In this document: one piece after another, positions 55,835-64,000 of the stretch
Numbering within the stretch: the first letter of the stretch is position 1
How the letters are laid out: every line of letters starts with the position of its first letter
Origin: Azolla caroliniana
Taxonomy: Eukaryota; Plantae; Polypodiophyta
NCBI GenBank assembly: GCA_043228905.1
Contig: JBHGNT010000005.1
Location: 12,462,001 to 12,526,000, forward strand
DNA length: 64,000 bases
Direction: 5' to 3'
Program-made: the position numbers and the translations under genes
Notes under the pieces: generated by a model
What the model was told of the DNA's origin: nothing
The model's input: only the letters and a program-made list of their open reading frames with translations
The model's database searches: none

Positions 55835-57030
55835 CTCGCCCCCTCCAAACCCGCACATCCTCCGGTATGTGCCGAAGTTCTTGATTCCTCGTATCCGTCT
55901 TCATCCGAAGCTTCCTCCGATTCTCCCCTTATGTCGACTATGAGTTGTAATCCACTTTCTTTGCTTCCCGCATCATTGTGGTCTTCGTCCGATTGCTCCT
56001 CGTTGTCGGTCTCGACTTGGATCACATAAGGTTTGTCGTCGGTCCGCTTCTTGAAAATCTTCACCCGCTTCCCGGCTATAGGCACTCGTAGTATTGTTCC
56101 ATCCAACTCGGACAGTCGGTACGTCCCGTTGTCGAAGACCTTCCGAACCTCGTACGGCCCGAACCACCTTTTCGCGAATTTCCGCATCGTTGTATGTTGA
56201 TGGTCCAAGCTACTATCATAGACGATCACCCAATCTCCTTCTTCAATCCTCCTCGGTCGTAGTCGGTGCTTTGTGTCAAACCGGCTTTTGTTCCGGAACC
56301 GTGCTTCTTGTTGTCGGCGTGACGCTTCCGCTACATCTTTCGGTCTTCCCTCCAGTTGTCGTATCCGGACCGCTAGTAGTTCTTCCCAGCTCATCTCTTC
56401 CTTCCACGGTAGTATTGTCCATGTCGCGATTGCGGTTTCCGTTGGCATTACCGGTGCTTGTCCGGTCATGAGTTCTGCCGGCATGTAACCGGTCACGGAG
56501 CTATGCGTCGTCCGATCCGCCCATAGTGCATACGGAAGCATTTGTGGCCAATCCTTCACCCTTCCGTCGCATGCCTTCGCAAGTGCTTTCACGATCGGAC
56601 TATGTCCTCGTTCGATCTTCCCGTTGGCCTCCGGATTGTAGGCCGTTGTCAACGTTAACCGAACTCCATGTTTGGCGAAGAATCCCCTAGCTTTGTCCGA
56701 GTCGAGTTCTCCCCGGTCCGCAATCACTTGTCCTACGCAGCCGTACCTACAAAACACTTCTTCCAAAAGAAATTGGCACACCGCGGCACACGTTTTCCTC
56801 CGAAGCGCTCGACCTTCAACTTGGTTTGTGAGATCTTCTCGAGCTAACACCAAGTATTTCTTTTGTCCAATCCCGGTCGGCATAGCTACAATGTCGACCA
56901 TCCACTTGAAGTTGATTGTCGGTGAGAATGTCGGATGCAGCTCATCTCGGTGTTGGACCCCGGAGTAGACTTGACATTTCTCGCAGCTTTCTGTGAACTC
57001 CGCGACATCTTTATACATGTTCTTCCACAA
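55822..57030 (-). CDS. Integrase portion of pol, out of frame after a small deletion
   Basis: CEKC, VDIV, IADRGE, YNPEANGKIERGH and WFGPY motifs. Confidence 0.85.
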   Translation of the reverse strand: MWKNMYKDVAEFTESCEKCQVYSGVQHRDELHPTFSPTINFKWMVDIVAMPTGIGQKKYLVLAREDLTNQVEGRALRRKTCAAVCQFLLEEVFCRYGCVGQVIADRGELDSDKARGFFAKHGVRLTLTTAYNPEANGKIERGHSPIVKALAKACDGRVKDWPQMLPYALWADRTTHSSVTGYMPAELMTGQAPVMPTETAIATWTILPWKEEMSWEELLAVRIRQLEGRPKDVAEASRRQQEARFRNKSRFDTKHRLRPRRIEEGDWVIVYDSSLDHQHTTMRKFAKRWFGPYEVRKVFDNGTYRLSELDGTILRVPIAGKRVKIFKKRTDDKPYVIQVETDNEEQSDEDHNDAGSKESGLQLIVDIRGESEEASDEDGYEESRTSAHTGGCAGLEGASVVV

Positions 57031-59410
57031 AAGTTGCCCATGTTCCTCGATGTCCAGCCCAATCGGATTCGTGGAACTCGGACATTATCCGGTTTCGTTG
57101 CTCTTTCATCCCGACTACTCGAAGTGGTATCCCATCCGGTCTTTTCGGCGTCCTCCATATTAAGCCGTTTTCCAAGAAGAACTTTTGGACTTGCCTCTTC
57201 TTCCTTCGGATCTCGGCTCTCCTTTCTTTATCATTGGTTGAATCCTCGACCTCTTGTAGCATCTTCCCGATCATCAAGGTTTCCCCCTCGTATTCTTCTT
57301 CCCGGAATTCTCGGATCACGTTCACTCGGCATATGTGTTCTGACGTGAAGTAGTCTTCGGAAACTTCTTCGTTATCTGATTCGGTTATGTCGTCTTCAAA
57401 CCGCGCCCTCGATAACATGTCCGCTACCGCGTTGTCCTTCCCCGAGATGTGTCGAACCTCCGGATTAAGTGACTTGACATATGCAATCCACCTTAGCATA
57501 GCCACATCCGGTATCGTACAACACCGCATCATCCCGAGTATCGGAAGACAATCCGTCTCGATCACCACTTCAGCTCCGATCAAATAATCCCGATCCGATT
57601 TTATCGCCGACACGACTCCCCACAATTCTCTTTTGACTTGTGCATATCCGCGTTGCCTTTCGTTGAGGACCTTTGCTCCAAATCGGATCGGATACCGCGA
57701 ACCATCCGAGTCGGCTTGATTGATGACCCACCCGATACCGGTTGGACTTGTATCAACCGTTACTATGATTGGCCGCTCATAGCTTGGCTTCCTAAGTGAT
57801 TCCGCCCTCCATAGTGTCTTCTTGAGCTTCCTCATGGCTTTAGTGTGTTCCGGTTTCCACTCGAATTTCTTACCTTTCCGCAACAAGTGATAGAGCGGGT
57901 CCGCTATATGTGCATAGTGCGGAATCCATATGTGATAGAATGCACACGCACCCAGAAACCTTCGGACTTCCGATGTTGACTCACATACTTCCTTCATAGC
58001 TTGAATCGCATCGATCTTTGTTGGTGACGGTCTTCGGCCGTAGGGTCCACATAGATGTCCGACCACCAATATTTCTTCTTGCCCGAATGCCGATTTCTCC
58101 CCGGAAAGTGTTAGGTGCACATCTTCTAGCTTTCGCAACACTTTCTCGCAATCATGAATATGGTCGACCACGAACTTTCGGCATCCCCGATCATCCATAG
58201 TCTCATCTTTTTCTTCCACCGCGCATCCTTTCATCGGAATGTCATCTAGAAACGGCATCGTTATCTCCGGGATGCAATCTCGAAGCACCTTGTTCATCGC
58301 GTTCATCATATGTGCAACCGAGTTTGTCGCTCCTTGTGGTAGTGTGCACATTCGAACTAGTCCTATCGGTGTCCGCATGGTAGTGATGTCTCGGCTCTCC
58401 ACGGCTAGTTGGAATTGGTCATACCCCGAGTATAGGTCCCCGATGGAGTATATCGCACGTCCGGCAAAAGCTTCCGCGAATTCGTCCACTATCGGACCGA
58501 CTCCCGAGTTCCGGATCGTGACCTTGTTCACCGGTTGCAAGTCTTGGATGAATCGGAGTGACCCATTCTTCTTCGGAACCGTAAACCATCGATTTGAGTA
58601 CGGAGCACTTGATGGCTCTAGAATCCCCATCGCCACCTTCTCCTTGAGCAAGTCGATGACTTTCGGAATATGCGCCCGTGGCACCGGAATCGGCTTCAGG
58701 TTCCACGGTACATGATCAATCGTGAAAATCACCATCGGCTCCACTATCTTTGGATCAATGCATCCGATCTCCCTCGATGTGAACGCGAATGCTTTGCCAT
58801 GTTGCTCCAACATCTCTCGAAACCGTTTTTCTTCTTCTTGTAAGAGGAACCCACCTCCACCGATCCGAAGTTTCTTCCGGGTCTCATCTGTGAAGGCATG
58901 TCCGATATCCACGGACTTCCGAAGTGTCGGATCTCCCGACACTTCTTTCTTCTTTTGTTCGCTATCGGCGGGTAGTGGTCCCGCGGCCGGTTTCACCTTC
59001 TTCTCCACGGTCTTGTATTTCGTACTTACCATTGCTTCTTCTTTGCGGAGCGCATCCGGCCCCATTTTCGCAACGATCTCGTACATCTCGACCGATTCCA
59101 CCGGGACTACCCGGTTCCCTTGGCTTTTATCTTCCGCAAGCTCTTCAAGCCGTTGTAGTGTATTCCCATAGAACACTTCCTCGATCACTCCCACGATTTC
59201 TTCGTCTTCTTTTATTATTGATGCCGACCGTAACTTATCCTCCACTTGTCGGTATTGTTTCTTCATTCCTCCGGTTACGGCCGTGTACGTAGATGCCCCA
59301 TCCGGGCCGATTCGTACTTGTTTTGCTCCGAGAGTTTTCTTCCTGTGTGGGGTATCAGGGCTTCTCGGACTATCACTTCCCCACTCCGCAACAGTCCGCT
59401 TTAAAAATCC
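57011..59410 (-). CDS. Pol RT-RNase H, in the -1 frame relative to gag-PR
   Basis: LRFIQDLQPVN, DLYSGYDQF, PFLDDIPMKG and VDTS...YAQVKRELWG motifs. Frame is open from 59410 through the ATG at 59266. Confidence 0.88.
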   Translation of the reverse strand, partial: GFLKRTVAEWGSDSPRSPDTPHRKKTLGAKQVRIGPDGASTYTAVTGGMKKQYRQVEDKLRSASIIKEDEEIVGVIEEVFYGNTLQRLEELAEDKSQGNRVVPVESVEMYEIVAKMGPDALRKEEAMVSTKYKTVEKKVKPAAGPLPADSEQKKKEVSGDPTLRKSVDIGHAFTDETRKKLRIGGGGFLLQEEEKRFREMLEQHGKAFAFTSREIGCIDPKIVEPMVIFTIDHVPWNLKPIPVPRAHIPKVIDLLKEKVAMGILEPSSAPYSNRWFTVPKKNGSLRFIQDLQPVNKVTIRNSGVGPIVDEFAEAFAGRAIYSIGDLYSGYDQFQLAVESRDITTMRTPIGLVRMCTLPQGATNSVAHMMNAMNKVLRDCIPEITMPFLDDIPMKGCAVEEKDETMDDRGCRKFVVDHIHDCEKVLRKLEDVHLTLSGEKSAFGQEEILVVGHLCGPYGRRPSPTKIDAIQAMKEVCESTSEVRRFLGACAFYHIWIPHYAHIADPLYHLLRKGKKFEWKPEHTKAMRKLKKTLWRAESLRKPSYERPIIVTVDTSPTGIGWVINQADSDGSRYPIRFGAKVLNERQRGYAQVKRELWGVVSAIKSDRDYLIGAEVVIETDCLPILGMMRCCTIPDVAMLRWIAYVKSLNPEVRHISGKDNAVADMLSRARFEDDITESDNEEVSEDYFTSEHICRVNVIREFREEEYEGETLMIGKMLQEVEDSTNDKERRAEIRRKKRQVQKFFLENGLIWRTPKRPDGIPLRVVGMKEQRNRIMSEFHESDWAGHRGTWATFVEEHV

Positions 59411-61440
59411 ATTCTCACTTGGGACAAGAGTTCCCTCTTGTTCCTTTCGTGATTTGCCGGCACCGTTAGGAATTGGACGGATTTCCCTCCGTTTTGGCTC
59501 CGAATTCGCGCAAAAGCCGCACCACTATCGAGCACCTTCGTCTCCATCCGTGAAGCCGTGATAAAGGGTTGGCCGAGGATGACAGAATGTGAAACCTCAT
59601 CCTGCAGAAAGAAATTTTGGTCAATTTCGACATCCCCGATCTTTACCGTCACATCCGGACAAGCCGCAAATAGGTCTTCTGTCGTTTTCGTGGCTGCCCG
59701 AATCTTCCATCCATGGTTGGTGTTTATAGGCCACTTCCCCTTTCGGTAGAACTCCTTGGACATCAAGTTGATCTCCGACCCGTGATCAATCAATGCTAGC
59801 ACGGGTTCTTTGATGTTGCCGATTCGGACCGGAGTCTCCGTAGTCGCACGTGCCCAGTGTGGCCTTGTATAGTGGGAGTTCGGAATTTCGCCTTCCACTT
59901 CGGTGTCGTTCATTGAAACGGTATTTGCATTCACCCTTGGAGCATTTTCCTCCGTACTTTGTCTCTTCCTTTTCACGAGATCCACGAGAAGATCGTGAAA
60001 CTCCTTCTTCGCTATTCCGAGTAGTTCCCGCAGCGAAAAATCTACCTGGCTATCCAAGATTCTTTCCTCGAACACTCTTTTCAAGTCGGTTTGTTGTTCT
60101 ATGTCCGAGGCGAGCTTGAATGCCGGAGTCGCCTTTTCTTTTCCCTTACCTCCGGAGTTCCAGCTTTCCGGTATCTTCGATGGTCCGGCCGCATCCTCCG
60201 TGCGCCGTCGTTTCTCATCCACATACACCTCATGTAATTGACACAGGGCGTATATGCTATTCTTGTCGACAGGGCACTCCCATCCCGTAGCTTCCCGGAC
60301 GCCTTCCGCAGTGTTTCGGATATCGTTGGAGTCGGTTTTCTCGGTGTTTCCTAGCACCTCCGGCCAAAAAGACGCTTTCGCTCCCGATGACTCCCCGACA
60401 CATATTCCCGCGGTTGTCGCATAGTTGCTTCTTGCCGCTAACTCCTCCTCGAGCACCTTCTTCATGCCGCCTTTCCGGAAGTTCGGTCGGAGTGGCTTCC
60501 GAGAGTCCATCGAATGAATCCGGTTTCCCTCGTAGTAGATGAGATCCCGTCGTAGCGCCTCCTTATGGTCGTCGCAATCCCTCCGATCGTGTTCGGCGCT
60601 ATCGCACCATATGCACCGTCGATCCGCATATTTGGAGCTTGTGGGGCGGTCATCCGACTTCTTCACCATCGCGATCTTTAGATTCTCCATCTCCTTCAGC
60701 AGCTGCTCCACCGTAGACGTGTCGACTCCCTTCTCGGCCGTAATCTCCCGAGCCCTCGGTTGATGGTCTTCCAGTCCCGTTCTCGGTTTCGGAATCGGTT
60801 CCGAAACCCTCTTTTCTTCGTTGGCAAGCCATTGCCCCCTCTTCGTGTACCGCGCGACGATATCCCGCACGCTTTCCCATGTTTCGGTGAGGCCGCTTTC
60901 GGTGGTCGTGTCCTCAAGAAGCACTCCGAGATCTTTCCGGTCCCGGACGTCCACAGCTCGCAAAAACATGATGACTTTGTCCGGTGCAAGAATAGTTTGA
61001 TCTCTCGCAGACAACCTCCCGAACCGACTTTCGAATGTCGAAAACACTTCGAGGACCTTCAGCCCCTTACCTGACGTTTCCACCCAATCCTCGAATCCCC
61101 TCCGCGTTGCCTTGGAGGAGTCCTCGACGGCAAACGTGGTCTTTAACGCCTCTTCGAATGCTTCCCACGTCGGGTTTTGTTGTTGCAACCCGTGGATACT
61201 CCCGTGAAGCCCGTCGGTCGCCACCCGGTTAAAGGATGTCACTTGCAGTCCTTCCGAAGCCCGGCACCGGAGTATCTCCGCCTTGTAGTCCTGCAAATAT
61301 CGCGACACATCCTTACCATTAAATTGCCCGTTGCGTTGCACGAGCCGCTCTACTGATGCTGAAATCTCCGACATCGTGCGTTGTTCTTGAAGCATCCGTT
61401 CGAACATCGCCATCATATTGTTAGCTTGTTGAGCCTCCAT
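59401..61440 (-). CDS. Gag-protease ORF
   Basis: First ATG at 61440; CIWCDSAEHDRRDC knuckle, ALIDHGSEIN protease, ILGQPF. Confidence 0.88.
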   Translation of the reverse strand: MEAQQANNMMAMFERMLQEQRTMSEISASVERLVQRNGQFNGKDVSRYLQDYKAEILRCRASEGLQVTSFNRVATDGLHGSIHGLQQQNPTWEAFEEALKTTFAVEDSSKATRRGFEDWVETSGKGLKVLEVFSTFESRFGRLSARDQTILAPDKVIMFLRAVDVRDRKDLGVLLEDTTTESGLTETWESVRDIVARYTKRGQWLANEEKRVSEPIPKPRTGLEDHQPRAREITAEKGVDTSTVEQLLKEMENLKIAMVKKSDDRPTSSKYADRRCIWCDSAEHDRRDCDDHKEALRRDLIYYEGNRIHSMDSRKPLRPNFRKGGMKKVLEEELAARSNYATTAGICVGESSGAKASFWPEVLGNTEKTDSNDIRNTAEGVREATGWECPVDKNSIYALCQLHEVYVDEKRRRTEDAAGPSKIPESWNSGGKGKEKATPAFKLASDIEQQTDLKRVFEERILDSQVDFSLRELLGIAKKEFHDLLVDLVKRKRQSTEENAPRVNANTVSMNDTEVEGEIPNSHYTRPHWARATTETPVRIGNIKEPVLALIDHGSEINLMSKEFYRKGKWPINTNHGWKIRAATKTTEDLFAACPDVTVKIGDVEIDQNFFLQDEVSHSVILGQPFITASRMETKVLDSGAAFARIRSQNGGKSVQFLTVPANHERNKRELLSQVRMDF

Positions 61441-61456
61441 CTCCTTGCCACCCGTG

Positions 61457-61474
61457 TTCACGTCGGGTTCACCA
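61457..61474 (-). promoter_or_regulatory. Primer binding site, tRNA-Trp (18 nt)
   Basis: Plus strand TTCACGTCGGGTTCACCA equals the 3' end of plant cytosolic tRNA-Trp as recalled; 4 nt from the 5' LTR. Confidence 0.85.
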
Positions 61475-61478
61475 ACTG

Positions 61479-62285
61479 TGTCGTGCCTTTCGGCTCCGGA
61501 TCGTTGCGTGAGTCGGGTGGGAACCACAGAGGTCTTGGACTAGGAGAAAAGAAGTTCGTGAGATAGAGATTAATTATGAGTAAATAGCAAAGAGAAAGAT
61601 AAGAAACTCGTGAATCACACGAGTATACTATATTAATTGGTACTTAGGGTGTTACGAGAGAAGTAGATGTATAAATCGTGAATCCCACGAATAATTTTTG
61701 TATTAATTAATCCTTAATCCAAATAATCAACAACAACTACAATGTGCTCCCCGTCCTTATATAGTGATGGGAGAGACTAAGCATAGCTACATGCTTTTTT
61801 TTCTAATATGTTCATGCACACTAAATGTGCATGTGATGCTTTTTTTTTATTTCCTAAGTATAGGGCTCATGCACGCTAGATGTGCATGAGTTATTTTTAG
61901 TGTCTCGTGTTTTCTTTTTCATATATTAAAAAAATACACGATTTACCTTTTAATAAAGGTATGCATAAATAAAGGTCTTATACGTATTAAATCTATATTT
62001 AAAACACTTAAGATAAGTTAATGTAATGGTAAGGTTGGGGTTTGTCAACGTGGAGGTGCAGAGTTCGAATCACGCCCTGCGCAGTAGTGAGTATTTCCTT
62101 TTATTTTACTTTTATGTCTCTTTATCCGGCTCTTCCTTGCCGGTATGCCGTTTTCTTCCTTGCCGGTATGCCGTTTTCCTCCTTGCCGGTATGCCGTTTT
62201 CTTCCGGTTCTCACCGAGCACTCCATTCTCTATCCGGAGAGACAAAAATATAATTTCCACATAGTGTGCAACCTACACTACGACA
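61479..62285 (-). repeat. 5' LTR
   Basis: Direct repeat of 55028-55834; adjacent to the PBS. Confidence 0.96.
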
Positions 62286-63860
62286 ACGCAATTAGAGAGA
62301 CCATTGGTGATGATGTTATCACGCCAACTCCGAAGCAAATCGTCGGTCCCACATGACATTATTAGGGCCGAGTTCACTCTACCCCCTATGTTAGTAGAAG
62401 CACTTTTTCAACTGGTAGTCTTTATACACAGGATACATAACCAACCACTTGATAGAATATCCCACCAAGCCTTTAAGGCTTCTCGTGCATTGTATGAGTC
62501 CGGCTATACTAGCTCATGGTATGGCATGATGGTGAGTTGGCTTCTTGCCAACGGTCTAGACATTACTAACCTCCCCCCCCTTAAGTACGACCACACGAAT
62601 GATAACACTTTACTCTCTCATGAGGACCGTAATAAAGTAATACGCCAAGAAATATGGCAAATTTATACCCGGTATAAATGGATCACCCCACTAGAGCCAC
62701 TCCCATCTAAAATGTCGTACTATAAGGAACACTTTATGCACTTCTCTGAGTTAGGTTTTATCACGCGCCCAAAATATCTAGATGTATTCTTACCACATGC
62801 ACTAAGGGTTGCCATTGGTCAACTTAGAATATCATCTCACCAACTTGAGATTGAGAATGGACGTACTAATGGAGTCCCTAGGGAGGAAAGGATATGTAGG
62901 TTATGCCACATAGAGATAGAGGATGAGTACCATTTTACATGCAAATGCCCCACCTATGCCGAGATAAGGGCAAAATACCAAGACATACTTGGTTCCTCTC
63001 CCACCCTCCCTAAACTATTAGATACACTAGATATAAAGAAATTAGGTAGATACATCTTAGAATTGAAACACCACAGAGAGAACAAATTACAAAACGTTGA
63101 TAATAATGTTGCTAATGTTTACCAACATATAACAAATGAAGTTTTTCAGGAACAGGGGGAGACAATGAATGTCGACACACCTGCACCACTCGGACTTCTC
63201 CTTGATGAAGCAGAAAATCAAAGAAGAACCAAACGCCCTCGGATGCCGGGTTTCAAAGCAACTCGACGAGATGTAGAAGCAATAAAGAAAATAAGGGAAC
63301 GTGAACTACACCGCCTAGAAGCCATGGCTAGGGCACTCTATGCATCGGGACCATGGGTCACACCCACACCAAAAACTTTTGACCTCCCACTTCTTTTTGA
63401 GAGACTTGGGTGGAAATGAGATTAGGCTTGGTGCAAAGTTTTGTACACTACTAGAACTTTCTTAGCTTAAGCTATTTTCTTTTATTTTTAGTTTTGATGA
63501 TTGGATAAACACTCATTTTTTGTTGTAACCTATTTGTCTCATGGGCCAAATTTGGCCTTAGAAGACGTTAATATTTCTTTCTTTCTTTCTTTCTTTCTTT
63601 CTCTCTCTCTCTCTCTCTTCTTCTTCTTCTTCTTCGTCTTCTTCACTACTACTCACACTTACCAACCAACAACATCCAAATTAAATTATGTACATAGATA
63701 GTAAGTACATAGTAAGCGCATCGATCAATCAACCGATTTCTCGTGCCTCGTGCTTCCCTTGCCGAACGAACTCTCAACAACATGAGCCAAGCAAGCGGCT
63801 ACCCATCGCTTCATTTCCCTATGCTCTCCCTTTACCTGCTCTGCTGCCTGCTCTTAGGGA

Positions 63861-63982
63861 CACAAGAGTCTTCTCTTCTTCTCTTACCATCCATTCATGC
63901 ATGCACCCTCTATCCTCTCTCCACAAGAGTCTTCTCTTCTTCTCTTACCATCCATTCATGCATGCACCCTCTATCCTCTCTC
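63861..63982. repeat. Perfect 61-bp tandem duplication
   Basis: CACAAGAGTC...TATCCTCTCTC at 63861-63921 and 63922-63982. Confidence 0.9.
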
Positions 63983-64000
63983 TCTCTGCCCACACCCTTT

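Larger units (their letters stand above)
55028..62285 (-). mobile_element. Young fungal-type (Ylt1-like) Ty3/Gypsy element; 4-bp TSD ACGC
   Basis: 807-bp LTRs 55028-55834 and 61479-62285 (about 3 mismatches seen). ACGC at 55024-55027 and 62286-62289. PPT GGAGGGGGCGAG. gag-PR and RT-RH-IN ORFs. The lineage call is motif-based. Confidence 0.93.
52444..63419 (+). pseudogene. LINE ORF2 (AP endonuclease, RT, C-terminal CCHC), ~1237 aa before interruption; segments 52444-55027 and 62290-63419
   Basis: GDFNART, GVKQGCPLSPTLF, LYADD, LRISSHQLEIENGR and ICRLC...EDEYHF..KC motifs. The junction reconstructs TGG ACG CAA TTA (WTQL). Confidence 0.92.
51170..63600 (+). mobile_element. Full-length two-ORF LINE (RTEX/Crack-like, non-L1) with GC-rich 5' UTR and (TTTC)n tail, interrupted by a Gypsy at 55028-62285
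   Basis: ORF1 51601..52407; ORF2 APE-RT-CCHC rejoins in frame after removing the insertion; 3' palindrome and simple-repeat tail. The 5' boundary is approximate. Confidence 0.88.

Noticed and set aside
61441-61527. Gag N-terminal extension starting inside the LTR
   Set aside because: Non-ATG start from the ORF caller; the first ATG at 61440 suffices, and the same peptide appears in the other LTR merely by repetition.
63720-64000. Possible miRNA precursor or gene 5' region
   Set aside because: No match to a conserved miRNA recognised and no long hairpin seen; truncated by the window edge.

Overview
Land-plant nuclear DNA, roughly 85% transposon-derived. The element types suggest a non-seed plant such as a fern, but this is inference. 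Two intact spliced host genes lie on the minus strand: a UBC37/UBE2T-like E2 enzyme (6 exons, 13784..9028, ~525 aa) and ribosomal protein RPS23 (4 exons, 50829..49221, 142 aa). The rest is a stack of LINEs, each interrupted by LTR retrotransposons. Old, decayed elements include two chromoviruses and several Copia copies, one of them a three-LTR chimera inside a single TSD. Two Gypsy elements are very young. The first is an intact non-chromovirus element (23809..33677) with apparently identical LTRs, a 1954-aa gag-pol and a large extra 3' ORF split by a single in-frame UGA. The second is a fungal-type (Ylt1-like) element (55028..62285) with a 4-bp TSD, a tRNA-Trp primer site, a predicted -1 frameshift signal plus pseudoknot placed after the protease, strong CWG depletion and a tRNA-derived cassette in its LTR. 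A Tcn1-like element shows the signature of tRNA-independent self-priming and carries a related antisense tRNA-derived cassette in its LTR. All coordinates and counts were read by eye; family assignments are motif-based and unverified by database search.
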